From contig JAKLEP010000001.1 of the NCBI GenBank assembly GCA_022703055.1, positions 410,850 to 474,849 on the forward strand: a stretch of DNA of 64,000 nt, in the 5' to 3' direction. The stretch's first letter is position 1, and every line of letters starts with the position of its first letter. This document shows positions 10,578 through 23,754 of the stretch, piece by piece. The position numbers were made by a program, and so were the translations under genes. Under the pieces are notes generated by a model that was not told the DNA's origin, searched no databases, and saw only the letters and a program-made list of their open reading frames with translations. This stretch comes from Candidatus Omnitrophota bacterium. GTDB taxonomy: Bacteria; Omnitrophota; Gorgyraeia; VGKH01.

Positions 10578-11558
10578 ATGAAGAAGAGAATTTTAAGCGG
10601 CATGCGTCCGACGGGAAAACTACATTTAGGCCATTTGGTTGGAGCTCTGAGCAACTGGGCGAAATTACAGGATAAATATCAATGTTTCTTTATGGTCGCC
10701 GATTGGCATGCGCTTATGAGCGAATATGAGGATGCCAAGTCTATGAAAGAATATGCCATTGATAACGTCGCTGACTGGATAGCCTGCGGCATTGATCCCA
10801 AAAAATCAGTGATATTCGTACAATCTGAAGTCAAAGAACATTTAGAGCTGGATATGTTTTTTTCCTGCATCACGCCTTTAGGATGGCTTGAACGATGTCC
10901 GACATACAAAGAGCAGCTAAAAGAGATAAAAAATAAAGATTTAAGCACCTATGCTTTCTTGGGTTATCCGGTTTTACAGGCCGCGGATATTTTAGTATAT
11001 AAAGCCGATGCGGTTCCGGTTGGGCAGGATCAGCTTCCTCATTTGGAACTTACTCGCGAAATCGCCAGGCGATTTAATCATTTATACGGCCATGTTTTTC
11101 CAGAACCGGAGGCGATTTTGACCCATGTTCCAAAGCTATTAGGCTCCGACGGAAGAAAGATGAGTAAGAGTTATGATAACACTATCAATTTATCGGATTC
11201 TCCTTCGATAATCAAAGAGAAAACCCAGAAAATGTTTACTGATCCCAAAAGAATAAGGTTGTCCGATCCCGGCCATCCTGATACTTGCAACGTTTTTAGT
11301 TATTATGAAGTCTTTGACCCTAAAAAGAAAGAGGAAGTGCACAATTGGTGCGTAAATGCCAAGCTTGGTTGTACTGAGTGCAAACAGAAATTGGCTGATG
11401 CGCTTATTGAAACTTTAGCTCCGATTCAAAAGAAGCGCGCTGATATCTTGAAAAATAAATCGAGAATCAATAAAATACTGGCTGATGGAGCAAAGAAAGC
11501 CGGCAAGATTACGCAAGAGACGCTTTCCTCGGTAAATAAAGCAGTATTTAAAGCATAG
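10578..11558 (+). CDS. trpS: Tryptophanyl-tRNA synthetase
   Basis: Class I motifs GKLHLGHLVG and KMSKS. Confidence 0.95.
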   Translation: MKKRILSGMRPTGKLHLGHLVGALSNWAKLQDKYQCFFMVADWHALMSEYEDAKSMKEYAIDNVADWIACGIDPKKSVIFVQSEVKEHLELDMFFSCITPLGWLERCPTYKEQLKEIKNKDLSTYAFLGYPVLQAADILVYKADAVPVGQDQLPHLELTREIARRFNHLYGHVFPEPEAILTHVPKLLGSDGRKMSKSYDNTINLSDSPSIIKEKTQKMFTDPKRIRLSDPGHPDTCNVFSYYEVFDPKKKEEVHNWCVNAKLGCTECKQKLADALIETLAPIQKKRADILKNKSRINKILADGAKKAGKITQETLSSVNKAVFKA

Positions 11559-11561
11559 AAG

Positions 11562-12326
11562 ATGACGCATAAAATAAAATTAGATTTTTTTGAAGGTCCA
11601 TTAGACCTTCTTCTGTATTTAATCAAAAAAAATGAAGTCAATATCTATGATATTCCGATATCAGAAATTACTGAGCAGTATTTGCAATACATCGAGTTAA
11701 TAAAGTTGCTAGATTTAGATATCGTAGGAGATTTTCTGGTTATGGCGGCAACTTTAATGCAGATAAAATCAAAAATGCTCCTTCCTCAGCCTGAAGTCCC
11801 GCCTGAAGAAGAGATTGTAGATCCACGCGCAGACTTAGTTAACCGTCTTCTTGAATACGAGAAATATAAAGAGGCTGCGGAAGAATTAAGGCAAAGAGAA
11901 TTAGCCAGGAAAAATGTTTTTATCCGCCCTCCCGATACGGAAACTGAAGAAAGATTCTTGCGCGAGCCGGGAGAGGTGTTTTTTGAGGCCAGCTTATTTG
12001 ATTTAATCAGCGCATTTTCCAAGGCGCTTAAAGATATTCCTCGAGAGACCTTTTACGAGGTCATGAAAGATGAATTCACCGTCGAGCAGAAGATCCACGA
12101 TATCCTGCATCTATTGCTTTTAAAACAGGAGATTAGTATCCAGGAGCTTTTCTCCAAGGCAAAGAGTAAATTGGAAATAGTGGCAAATTTTCTGGCAACC
12201 CTAGAACTGATAAGGTTAAAAGAAATAAATGTAATCCAGAGGCAACTTTTCGGCGAAATTATAATTATGAGAAATAAGGAGAATATAAAGCCCTATGGAG
12301 GAAAAGAGACAAAAACTGATAGTTAA
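11562..12326 (+). CDS. scpA: Segregation and condensation protein A
   Basis: N-terminal [24 protein letters not shown], typical of ScpA. No scpB follows. Confidence 0.85.
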   Translation: MTHKIKLDFFEGPLDLLLYLIKKNEVNIYDIPISEITEQYLQYIELIKLLDLDIVGDFLVMAATLMQIKSKMLLPQPEVPPEEEIVDPRADLVNRLLEYEKYKEAAEELRQRELARKNVFIRPPDTETEERFLREPGEVFFEASLFDLISAFSKALKDIPRETFYEVMKDEFTVEQKIHDILHLLLLKQEISIQELFSKAKSKLEIVANFLATLELIRLKEINVIQRQLFGEIIIMRNKENIKPYGGKETKTDS

Positions 12327-13323
12327 TCAGGAGACGGAAGAGGATGTAGTATTAAATATTTCTCTTCGCCCGCAAAAGCTTACTGAGTTTGTCGGCCAAA
12401 AAGAGCTTGTGGATAATCTTAAAGTTGCTCTTCAGGCGGCAAAGCAAAGGAAAGAACCACTGGAGCATGTTCTTTTATCCGGGCCTCCAGGATTAGGAAA
12501 AACGTCTCTTGCCCATATTATCGCCCATGAGATGGATACCAAGATTACCGCCACTTCCGGGCCGGCAATCGAGCGTGCCGGAGACCTCATCGGGATTTTG
12601 ACCAATTTAGAGCAAGGCGATGTCTTGTTTATCGATGAGATTCACCGGCTTTCCAAAGTCGTTGAAGAATTCTTATATCCTGCAATGGAAAGCTTCCAGA
12701 TTGATTTTGTGATTGATAAAGGTCCGTATGCCAAGACTATTAAATTTAATTTGAAGCCTTTTACCTTGGTTGGAGCGACAACGCGCAGCGGGCTTCTGAC
12801 TGCGCCGCTTCGCGAACGTTTCGGGATGTTTTATCATCTGGATTTTTATCCTACTGAGGAATTGAGCAAGATTATTAATCATTCGGCAAAAATATTATCG
12901 CTAGAAATTGATAATGATGCTGCCGATGAAATTGCCCGGCGTTCAAGAGGCACGCCCAGGATTGCCAATAGGCTTCTGCGTAGGGTGAGAGATTATTTTC
13001 AAGTTAAGAAGTCCGGGCCTAAAGTCAATAAAGAAATCGTGGATGCCGCGCTCGATAACTTAAGGATTGATAAGGCCGGCCTCGATGAGGTTGACCGAAG
13101 AGTCCTAAAGACTATCATCGAGACCTACGAGGGCGGACCGGTAGGGGTAGAGGCATTGGCCGCGACTTTAAATGAAGAGGTCGATACGATCGTTGATTGT
13201 GTTGAGCCGTACTTACTTAAGGCCGGATATATAAAACGCACTTCCCGCGGAAGGCAAATTACAAAGTTAGCATTCGAACATTTTGGCCTTCCCATCAAAG
13301 CCGAACAGAAGGAATTATTTTAA
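12295..13323 (+). CDS. ruvB: Holliday junction branch migration helicase RuvB
   Basis: Walker [12 protein letters not shown], Walker B FIDEIHRL and RuvB-like C-terminus. Overlaps scpA by 32 nt. No ruvA is adjacent. Confidence 0.95.
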   Translation: MEEKRQKLIVNQETEEDVVLNISLRPQKLTEFVGQKELVDNLKVALQAAKQRKEPLEHVLLSGPPGLGKTSLAHIIAHEMDTKITATSGPAIERAGDLIGILTNLEQGDVLFIDEIHRLSKVVEEFLYPAMESFQIDFVIDKGPYAKTIKFNLKPFTLVGATTRSGLLTAPLRERFGMFYHLDFYPTEELSKIINHSAKILSLEIDNDAADEIARRSRGTPRIANRLLRRVRDYFQVKKSGPKVNKEIVDAALDNLRIDKAGLDEVDRRVLKTIIETYEGGPVGVEALAATLNEEVDTIVDCVEPYLLKAGYIKRTSRGRQITKLAFEHFGLPIKAEQKELF

Positions 13324-13331
13324 GGCTTAAA

Positions 13332-13868
13332 ATGAGATTACTGCTTCATGTTTGCTGTGGACCATGTCTGATTTATCCTTATGAAGTCTTAAGTAAAAAT
13401 GGCTACGAGGTAGAAGGGTTGTTTTATAATCCCAATATACACCCTTTAGCCGAGTACAATAATAGAAAGAAAGCGATAGAGGATTTCTCTGCAAAAGAGA
13501 AGATCAAAGTTAACTTTGATAATAGTTATAAGCCGGAAGAATTTTTTCAAGCTGTAGCAGGAAGAGAAAAATCTCCAGATAGATGCGAGCTTTGCTGGAA
13601 GATGCGCCTTAAAGAAACAGCAAGGTTATCAAAAGAGAAAGGTTTCGATTCTTTCTCGACGACGCTTTTGGTAAGTCCTTATCAAGATATCGATAAGATT
13701 AATAAAATCGGAGAAGATATCGCTAAAGAATCCGGAGTAAAATTCATTTTCCAAGACTTTAGAAGCGGATTTCGCCAGGCTCATAATAAGGCAAAGGAAT
13801 TGGGAATGTACTGTCAGAAATATTGCGGCTGTTTATTTTCGGAAATCGAAAGATATGAACGAACTTAA
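13332..13868 (+). CDS. queH: Epoxyqueuosine reductase QueH (DUF208)
   Basis: LLLHVCCGPC, CELCWKMRL and YCGC cysteine motifs characteristic of DUF208/QueH. Confidence 0.8.
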   Translation: MRLLLHVCCGPCLIYPYEVLSKNGYEVEGLFYNPNIHPLAEYNNRKKAIEDFSAKEKIKVNFDNSYKPEEFFQAVAGREKSPDRCELCWKMRLKETARLSKEKGFDSFSTTLLVSPYQDIDKINKIGEDIAKESGVKFIFQDFRSGFRQAHNKAKELGMYCQKYCGCLFSEIERYERT

Positions 13869-14079
13869 TATTCTAGGAAAAATTCTTATTTTTGCTGGGA
13901 TAATTTTAATCACGCTGGGGATACTTTTCGTATTCAGCAATAAGATTCCTTTGATTGGGAAGCTTCCAGGGGATATTTATATCCAGAAGAAGAATTTTTC
14001 TTTTTATTTTCCGTTAACTACAAGCATATTAATCAGTATTATTTTAAGTCTAATCTTAATGTTATGGTCAAGAAGATAA
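13855..14079 (+). CDS. Small membrane protein (DUF2905-like)
   Basis: 74 aa, two hydrophobic helices, GKLPGDIYI motif. Confidence 0.6.
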   Translation: MNELNILGKILIFAGIILITLGILFVFSNKIPLIGKLPGDIYIQKKNFSFYFPLTTSILISIILSLILMLWSRR

Positions 14080-15211
14080 CCTGCAATTTAATAGCTTTGG
14101 TGTTTATGGCTTCGCTTTTGGGATTTTCCCATGCCCCGCTACCTCCTAAGTCTGGCGAAGTCATCAGGGTTGCTATCGTCAAAGGAAAACCATTAGTCAG
14201 GCTTTTGATCAAAGGCCCATTTGGCGTCTATTCTTTGAATACCAACGAATTACTCGCCGAATATAGAGGACTTGATACATCTGTCGTTACTCCTACTGAT
14301 TTCGGTTTGCAGATTGGTACGTTTTCTTATTTTAAGATTTACGGGATAAAGATAGTCCCTAAAAGGGATGCGGCAATATACGTCGATAAGCGATGTTTCC
14401 GCGGTCAAATAGACATTATACGCCAGCAGGACAAAACACTTTTAATTGTCAACCACATCGACGTAGAAAATTATATCCGCGGTGTTCTGTACCATGAAGT
14501 TTCGCATAAGTGGCCGCTGGAATCCATTAAGGCTCAGGCCGTAGCTGCCAGGACATATGCCCTTTATCAGAAGAAGATTAATGAGAAAAATGATTTCGAT
14601 GTGACCAATGATGTTTATTCTCAAGTGTATGGTGGTCAAACCTCTGAAAAATACAGAACCAATAAAGCAGTAAATCAAACCTTGGGCGAATATTTAACTT
14701 TTAAAGGCGAGGTTTTTCCTGCTTATTTTCACGCCGCCTGCGCCGGTCATACTGAAGATGCATCCAGGCTTTGGAATATAGATTTACCACCTTTAAAAGG
14801 CAAGCCTTGCGATTTCTGCGGTAAATCCCCGCACTCAAAATGGAAAATTAATTTAAGATTAGCCGATATCCAGGTCAAGTTAATCAAATCCGGCAAGGAA
14901 ATTGGTCTCATTAAAGAGATTAATGTGTTGGAGCGTAATAATTCTGGCCGAGTGGAAAAGCTGGAAATCATTGACCGCCGAGGAAGCAAGATTTATATTT
15001 CAGGTAAAGACTTTCGCATGGTCGTCGGTCCTGATATTATTAGAAGTACAAATTTTGAAGTCATTATGCGTGGTTATTATGTTGATTTTGTCGGAAAAGG
15101 CTGGGGCCACGGAGTGGGCCTCTGCCAATGGGGTGCAAAATCAATGTCCGAATGCGGATTTACGTATGATCAGATTTTAAAGTATTATTATCCCGGCAGT
15201 GAAATATCCAA

Positions 15212-15215
<4 letters not shown>
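14064..15215 (+). CDS. SpoIID/LytB domain protein (peptidoglycan lytic enhancer family)
   Basis: Signal peptide. Sequence blocks YLRGV-like (NYIRGVLYHEV), AQAVAARTYAL and CQWGA are typical of SpoIID. Confidence 0.8.
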
Positions 15216-18066
<2,851 letters not shown>

Positions 18067-18082
18067 AAAGAGGAGGAACAAA

Positions 18083-18442
18083 ATGAAAAAGATCCAAGAT
18101 GTAGAGAAAATGTATCTTAAGAAAGATATCCCGGATTTTAGGCCTGGCGATACGGTAATCGTATCGGTTAAGGTGCCGGAGGCTGACGATAAATTCCGCA
18201 TCCATGATTTTGAAGGAGTGGTTATCGCTCGGCGCGGAAGCGGGATCAATGAGAGTTTCTCGGTGAGAAAAATTTCTTTTGGAGAGGGCGTTGAAAGGGT
18301 TTTTCCTTTACATTCGCCAACAATTGATAAGATCACCCTGGTTAAAAAATCCAAAGCCAAAAGAAGCAAGCTCTATTATCTTCGCGAGAGAATCGGAAAA
18401 CAAGCCACCAAGGTAGAAACAGAACACCAGCAGCAACAATAA
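18083..18442 (+). CDS. rplS: 50S ribosomal protein L19
   Basis: L19-like sequence ([27 protein letters not shown]). GGAGG RBS upstream. Confidence 0.95.
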   Translation: MKKIQDVEKMYLKKDIPDFRPGDTVIVSVKVPEADDKFRIHDFEGVVIARRGSGINESFSVRKISFGEGVERVFPLHSPTIDKITLVKKSKAKRSKLYYLRERIGKQATKVETEHQQQQ

Positions 18443-19086
18443 TGCTTTATTACGAAAATAAAGCCCAAAAAGACGGCTTTAAATTCGTCGTCGGAGTAGA
18501 TGAGGCTGGCCGCGGACCTTTGGCCGGCCCCGTAGTAGCTTCTGCAGTATATCTTAAAACAAAACGTTTTAAGAATCGGATTGATGATTCTAAAAAACTT
18601 TCAAGCCTCCAGCGCCAAAAGGCTTTTAGAGAAATAATCGAGAAATCGTTCTTTGGTTTGGGAGTTGTCAGCGAAAGCGCGATTGATGAGATCAATATTT
18701 TAGAGGCTACGCGCCTTGCCATGCAGAAGGCGCTTTTGGATTTGTTTTCTCAATTAGCCAAGAGCCACAAAATCGCCAAGTCCAAATTTAGAAAATCTGT
18801 CTGCGCTTTGATAGACGGTAGCCCACTTTTTTTGGATGTGCCTTGTGCCACAAGAAACATTGTAAAAGGTGATTCCAAGAGCCTTTCTATCGCATGTGCC
18901 TCAATAGTTGCAAAAGTCACGCGTGATAGGATGATGGAAACTATTGATAGGTTCTTTCCCCAGTACGGTTTTTCAAAACACAAAGGATACGGGACAAAAG
19001 CGCATGTGAAGGCGATAGAAAAGTTTGGCCCGTCAGTTTTTCACCGCAAAACTTTTTTCCCAGTAAGATGTCTCGCGATAAAATAG
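18442..19086 (+). CDS. rnhB: Ribonuclease HII
   Basis: GVDEAGRGPLAGPVV catalytic motif. Confidence 0.9.
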   Translation: MLYYENKAQKDGFKFVVGVDEAGRGPLAGPVVASAVYLKTKRFKNRIDDSKKLSSLQRQKAFREIIEKSFFGLGVVSESAIDEINILEATRLAMQKALLDLFSQLAKSHKIAKSKFRKSVCALIDGSPLFLDVPCATRNIVKGDSKSLSIACASIVAKVTRDRMMETIDRFFPQYGFSKHKGYGTKAHVKAIEKFGPSVFHRKTFFPVRCLAIK

Positions 19087-19451
19087 AATTAGGCCTGTTA
19101 GGCGAAAAGAAGGCTCAAGAATTCTTAAAAGACAACGGCTATAAGATTTTAGATAAGAATTTTCGTACCGCTCTCGGAGAAATTGATATAGTCGCCAAAG
19201 ATAAAGACTGCATCTGTTTTGTAGAAGTAAAGACTAGGACGAGTGACCAAAAGGGTTCGCCCTTAGAGGCGATTACCAAAAACAAGCAACATAAGTTGTC
19301 GCAGATGGCTTTATTGTATCTAAAAAATAAAAACCTGCTTCATAAATCCGCACGTTTTGATATTGTCAGCGTTATGCAGAATCTTCAAGAAGCAGATAAG
19401 ATCGAGATTATAAAAAATGCTTTTTCGCTGGATAACCGCTACCTTTACTAA
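19068..19451 (+). CDS. yraN: YraN family (UPF0102) endonuclease
   Basis: GEIDIVA ... CFVEVKTR PD-(D/E)XK core. rnhB-yraN synteny. Confidence 0.8.
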   Translation: MSRDKIELGLLGEKKAQEFLKDNGYKILDKNFRTALGEIDIVAKDKDCICFVEVKTRTSDQKGSPLEAITKNKQHKLSQMALLYLKNKNLLHKSARFDIVSVMQNLQEADKIEIIKNAFSLDNRYLY

Positions 19452-19460
19452 GGAGTAGAC

Positions 19461-21155
19461 ATGCTTTCTGATTTAGAGATAGCCCAAAAATCAAAAATGG
19501 TTCCTATTGTGAAAATCGCCAGAAAATTAGGACTAAAGGAAAGCGATTTAGAGCTCTTTGGTAAATACAAAGCCAAGATTTCCTTGGATGTTCTAAAGAA
19601 ATTAAAGGATCGTCCCAAAGTAAAATACATAGATGTAACCGCAATCACGCCTACGCCGCTCGGGGAAGGTAAGACTGTTACCACTATCGGCCTTGCCATG
19701 GCGCTCAACCATATCGGCAAGAAATCAATTGCCTGTATCCGTCAGCCCTCTTTAGGTCCGGTATTCGGGATAAAAGGAGGAGCAGCCGGCGGAGGATATT
19801 CCCAAGTCTTACCGATGGAAGATTTTAATCTGCATTTTACCGGCGATGTTCACGCTGTTGGTATAGCGCATAATTTAGCCGCGGCATTCTTGGATAATCA
19901 TATCGCCAAGGGCAACAAATTAAATATTAATCCCGATACAATTTCCTGGAAACGTGTCGTAGATGTTTCAGATAGGGCTTTGCGTCATGTTCAAGTAGGT
20001 TTGGGCGGCAAAGATAATGGAGTCCCGCGCGAAACAGGATTCGATATCACTGTCGCATCAGAGGTCATGGCGATTTTGGCGTTAGCAGAGGATTTAAAAG
20101 ATTTGAGAAAACGCATTGGTCGTATTGTGCTTGCCGAAGATAAAAACGGAAAACCTATTACCGCTGAGGATTTGAAAGTTGCAGGAGCCATGACAGTTCT
20201 TCTAGCGGATGCGATTAGGCCGAATTTAATTCAGACATTGGAGAATACTGCCTGTATAGTCCATGCCGGGCCGTTTGCCAATATCGCCCACGGAAACAGC
20301 TCAATTATCGCCGATAAAATCGCTTTTAAACTCGCCGATTATGTCGTCACGGAAAGCGGATTTGGCGCAGATTGCGGTGCGGAAAAATTTATGGATATCA
20401 AATGCCGCGTAAGCGAGCTTAAGCCAAATTGTGTGGTGATTGTCTGTTCCATGCGGGCATTAAAGATGCATTCTGGTAAATTCCAGGTTGTCGCCGGGAA
20501 ACCTTTGGATAAAGCTTTAGTTTCGGAGAATCTGGAAGCCATAGAACAAGGCGCCTGCAACCTAGAGAAACAGATTCAAAATATGAAATTATTCGGTGTG
20601 CCGGTAGTTGTGGCAATTAATGTTTTTGAAACCGACACTGAAAAAGAAATTGAATTAGTTAAGAAAATTGCTATTAAGGCCGGAGCTGATGATTGCGTGG
20701 TTAGCCGCGTCTGGGCGCAAGGCTCAAAAGGCGGGGCAGATTTAGCCAAGGCAGTAGCGAAAGCCTGTGATAAAACCAGCAAATTTAATTTCTTATATTC
20801 ATTGGATATGTCCATTAAGGATAAAATAAAGACTATCGCTACAAAAATTTACGGCGCCAAGGATGTGGAATACAGTCCTGAGGCAGAAGCTAAAATCGAA
20901 AAGTTTACCAAGCTAGGTTACGATAAGCTTCCGATTTGTATGGCTAAGACTCACTTGTCTTTATCGCACGACCCTGCTTTAAAAGGGAGGCCACGTGATT
21001 TTATTTTGCCTATCCGCGATATCAGGCCGTCAGTTGGCGCAGGATTTTTGTATCCTTTATGCGGCTTGATGCAAACCATGCCGGGACTACCCAGCCATCC
21101 GGCAGGGGAAGCAATCGATATCGATGAAAATGGAAAAATAAGGGGGCTATTTTAA
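19461..21155 (+). CDS. fhs: Formate-tetrahydrofolate ligase
   Basis: PTPLGEGKTVTTIGL P-loop and full-length FTHFS similarity. Confidence 0.95.
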   Translation: MLSDLEIAQKSKMVPIVKIARKLGLKESDLELFGKYKAKISLDVLKKLKDRPKVKYIDVTAITPTPLGEGKTVTTIGLAMALNHIGKKSIACIRQPSLGPVFGIKGGAAGGGYSQVLPMEDFNLHFTGDVHAVGIAHNLAAAFLDNHIAKGNKLNINPDTISWKRVVDVSDRALRHVQVGLGGKDNGVPRETGFDITVASEVMAILALAEDLKDLRKRIGRIVLAEDKNGKPITAEDLKVAGAMTVLLADAIRPNLIQTLENTACIVHAGPFANIAHGNSSIIADKIAFKLADYVVTESGFGADCGAEKFMDIKCRVSELKPNCVVIVCSMRALKMHSGKFQVVAGKPLDKALVSENLEAIEQGACNLEKQIQNMKLFGVPVVVAINVFETDTEKEIELVKKIAIKAGADDCVVSRVWAQGSKGGADLAKAVAKACDKTSKFNFLYSLDMSIKDKIKTIATKIYGAKDVEYSPEAEAKIEKFTKLGYDKLPICMAKTHLSLSHDPALKGRPRDFILPIRDIRPSVGAGFLYPLCGLMQTMPGLPSHPAGEAIDIDENGKIRGLF

Positions 21156-21698
21156 ATGTATAAGAACAAATCCGTAAAAATTTATCTGGATGATTTGTCG
21201 GCTAAGAAACCGGCACCAGGCGGCGGCTCGGCAGCAGCTTTGGCAGGTGCGTTAGGGGCTGCGCTTTTGTCCATGGTGGCTAATTTCACCGTCGGAAAAG
21301 AGAAATATAGGCAGTTTGAACAAGAAATCAAAAGTTCGCTATCAAAAAGCGAAAAAATAAGAAAAAAATTGCTTGAATTGGTCGATTTAGATGTTATAAC
21401 TTATACTAAGGTTGCTAAAAGTAAGAAAAAATCTCTCGCCTTATACCAGAAATCATTGAAGGAAGCAGCCAACGTTCCTTTAGAAATAACTAAAAATTGT
21501 ATTGAAGCTTTGGAATTGTGCCCGATTTTGGAAGCCAAGGGCAATAAATATTTAGTAAGCGACGTGCATGTGGCAAGACAGTTGCTTGTCGCCGCGGTTC
21601 ATTCCGCAGTAGTAAACGTAAGGATAAATCTTCCTTACATTGAAGACAAAGAATTTGTGCACAGAGTTGACCAACAATTAAGATCCTGGAGGGTTTAG
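21156..21698 (+). CDS. fchA: Cyclodeaminase/cyclohydrolase-domain protein (FchA-like methenyl-THF cyclohydrolase)
   Basis: PAPGGGSAAALAGALGAAL motif of the FTCD C-terminal family. Sits between fhs and folD as in acetogen clusters. Confidence 0.8.
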   Translation: MYKNKSVKIYLDDLSAKKPAPGGGSAAALAGALGAALLSMVANFTVGKEKYRQFEQEIKSSLSKSEKIRKKLLELVDLDVITYTKVAKSKKKSLALYQKSLKEAANVPLEITKNCIEALELCPILEAKGNKYLVSDVHVARQLLVAAVHSAVVNVRINLPYIEDKEFVHRVDQQLRSWRV

Positions 21699-22547
21699 AT
21701 GCCAGCTCAATTACTCGAAGGTAAAATCATTGCCGCAGAAATCAAAGATAAATTAAAGCAGGAGATTGCTAGTTTAGGCAAAAAACCGGTTTTAGCCAGT
21801 ATTATCGTCGGAGAAAATGCCGGAGCTGAGTCTTACTGCAAATCCCAAGCCAAAACCGCCGAGGGATTAGGTATTGAGTATCGTTTAGAAAGATTATCCG
21901 CCGATACCACTCAGGCTAGTCTTGTTGATTTTATCAAAAAACTAAATAATGATAATTCGGTCAATGGAATTATAATTCAAATGCCTTTGCCAAAACAAAT
22001 TGATTATAAGTCCATCAGTTCATTTATTGCGCCAGATAAGGACATCGAAGGCATGCATCCGCAGAATTTAGGAAAAGTTTTGATGGGAAAAGCCAAGATC
22101 GCACCTTGCACCGCATCCGCAGCTTTTGCGCTTATTGAGGCAACAGGAGTAAATCTTTATGGAAAAGAAGTGGTTATTGTCGGCCACAGCGAAATCGTGG
22201 GAAAGCCTTTAAGTCTTCTGTTATTAGAAAAATTTGCCACCGTCACAGTCTGCCATATCGGGACTTCTGATGCGGGAAAATTGGTTGATCACGTAAAAAA
22301 AGCCGAAATTCTGGTCGTGGCAGTGGGAAAAGCTGGCCTTATTAAAGGCGAATGGATAAAAGAAAGCGCAATTGTAATTGACGTAGGCATAAATCGAATT
22401 AACGATAAAATCGTCGGAGACGTGGAATTTGAAGAAGCCGCCGAGCGCGCCGCATATATTACGCCGGTTCCCGGCGGAGTAGGGCCGTTAACCGTCACCA
22501 TGTTAATGAGAAATTTAGTGGAGGCAGCCAAGATTCAGCAGCGATGA
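21699..22547 (+). CDS. folD: Bifunctional methylene-THF dehydrogenase / methenyl-THF cyclohydrolase
   Basis: QMPLPKQID, VVIVGHSEIVGKPL and TPVPGGVGPLT. Confidence 0.95.
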   Translation: MPAQLLEGKIIAAEIKDKLKQEIASLGKKPVLASIIVGENAGAESYCKSQAKTAEGLGIEYRLERLSADTTQASLVDFIKKLNNDNSVNGIIIQMPLPKQIDYKSISSFIAPDKDIEGMHPQNLGKVLMGKAKIAPCTASAAFALIEATGVNLYGKEVVIVGHSEIVGKPLSLLLLEKFATVTVCHIGTSDAGKLVDHVKKAEILVVAVGKAGLIKGEWIKESAIVIDVGINRINDKIVGDVEFEEAAERAAYITPVPGGVGPLTVTMLMRNLVEAAKIQQR

Positions 22548-22873
22548 GGACTATAGCTCTTTTAGCAATATCAAATATCTTTATGACTTTTGCCTGGTAT
22601 GGGCATCTAAAGTATAGAAATTCTCCGCTTGTGATAGCGATCTTGGCCAGCTGGGGCATTGCATTATTTGAATATTGTTTTCAGGTGCCGGCAAACCGTT
22701 TTGGTTCATATCAGTTTTCCACAGCCCAGCTTAAAACAATCCAGGAAGTAATCACTTTAGTTGTTTTTGCGATTTTTTCGGTAGTTTATCTTAAAGAAGG
22801 CTTAAAGTGGAATTATATCGTTAGTTTTTTATTAATTATCGCAGCAGTGTTTTTTATGTTTAGGAAGTGGTAG
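22544..22873 (+). CDS. DMT-superfamily small membrane protein (DUF486-like)
   Basis: 109 aa with 3-4 TM helices. N-terminus LLAISNIFMTFAWYGHLKY is typical of DUF486. Confidence 0.65.
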   Translation: MRTIALLAISNIFMTFAWYGHLKYRNSPLVIAILASWGIALFEYCFQVPANRFGSYQFSTAQLKTIQEVITLVVFAIFSVVYLKEGLKWNYIVSFLLIIAAVFFMFRKW

Positions 22874-22876
22874 TCA

Positions 22877-23746
22877 ATGACTTTTAAAGAGAAAATTAGT
22901 GCAAGAAAATTCTTGCTCACATCTGAAATAGGCCCTCCAAAAGGCATTGAGACTAAAGAGTTGTTGGAGGATGCGGAATTAATCCGCGGGAAAGTGGATG
23001 CGATTAATGTCACTGACTTGCAGAGTTCGGTGATGCGCCTTGGTTCTTTGGCAGTTTGTAAGATGCTTGTCGATAAAGGCTTTGAACCGATATTCCAGAT
23101 GACTTGCCGCGATAGGAATCGTTTAGCATTGCAGTCGGATTTATTATCCGCTGCGGCGTTCGGAATTGAAAATGTTTTGGCTTTAACCGGAGACCACCAG
23201 TCTTTAGGAGACCATCCTGATGCCAAAGGCGTATTTGATTTGGATTCAGTCCAGCTTTTGGAAGTCATCAGAAAATTAGAGTCAGGCGAAGATATGGCGG
23301 GAAATAAACTCACCGGCGCTGCTCCAAAATTTTGTAAAGGCGCAGTGGTAAATCCCGGAGCTGATCCTTTAGAGCCGCAACTCGCCAAAATGGAGAAGAA
23401 GATCGCTGCCGGCGCGGAATTTTTCCAGACCCAGGCAGTTTATGATATCGCGCAATTTGAGATTTTTATCAAAAAAGTAAAACACGTTAAGGTCCCGATT
23501 ATGGCGGGAATTGTTTTGTTAAAATCCGCGGGAATGGCAAAATATATGAATGCCAATGTCGCCGGAGTGCATGTGCCGGATAATTTTATCAAGGAGATGC
23601 AGGATACCAAAGACAAAAGCGCGACATCTATTGATATCGCCGCGCGATTGATCAAAGAATTAAAACCCATGTGTCAGGGCATTCATATTATGCCTATCGG
23701 CTGGGACAAAAAGGTTCCGCTCGTAATCGAAGCTGCGGGGCTTTAG
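22877..23746 (+). CDS. metF: Methylenetetrahydrofolate reductase (short, acetogen-type MetF)
   Basis: 289 aa MTHFR TIM-barrel-like sequence (AINVTD, ALTGDH, FFQTQAVYD). No MetV-like gene is adjacent. Confidence 0.9.
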   Translation: MTFKEKISARKFLLTSEIGPPKGIETKELLEDAELIRGKVDAINVTDLQSSVMRLGSLAVCKMLVDKGFEPIFQMTCRDRNRLALQSDLLSAAAFGIENVLALTGDHQSLGDHPDAKGVFDLDSVQLLEVIRKLESGEDMAGNKLTGAAPKFCKGAVVNPGADPLEPQLAKMEKKIAAGAEFFQTQAVYDIAQFEIFIKKVKHVKVPIMAGIVLLKSAGMAKYMNANVAGVHVPDNFIKEMQDTKDKSATSIDIAARLIKELKPMCQGIHIMPIGWDKKVPLVIEAAGL

Positions 23747-23754
23747 GAGCAATA

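Noticed and set aside
22813-23388. 191-aa minus-strand ORF antisense to metF, plus similar antisense ORFs at 36547-36963, 37919-38440, 39366-39755, 40655-41104, 51658-52059 and 58518-58889
   Set aside because: Each lies inside a conserved + strand gene with clear catalytic motifs. They have no independent start signals or recognisable domains.
23671-23754. N-terminal extension of the flavoprotein ORF overlapping the metF 3' end
   Set aside because: The extension (MSGHSYYAYRLGQKGS...) overlaps metF in another frame. ATG 23755 has an AGGAGC RBS and begins the Rossmann fold.
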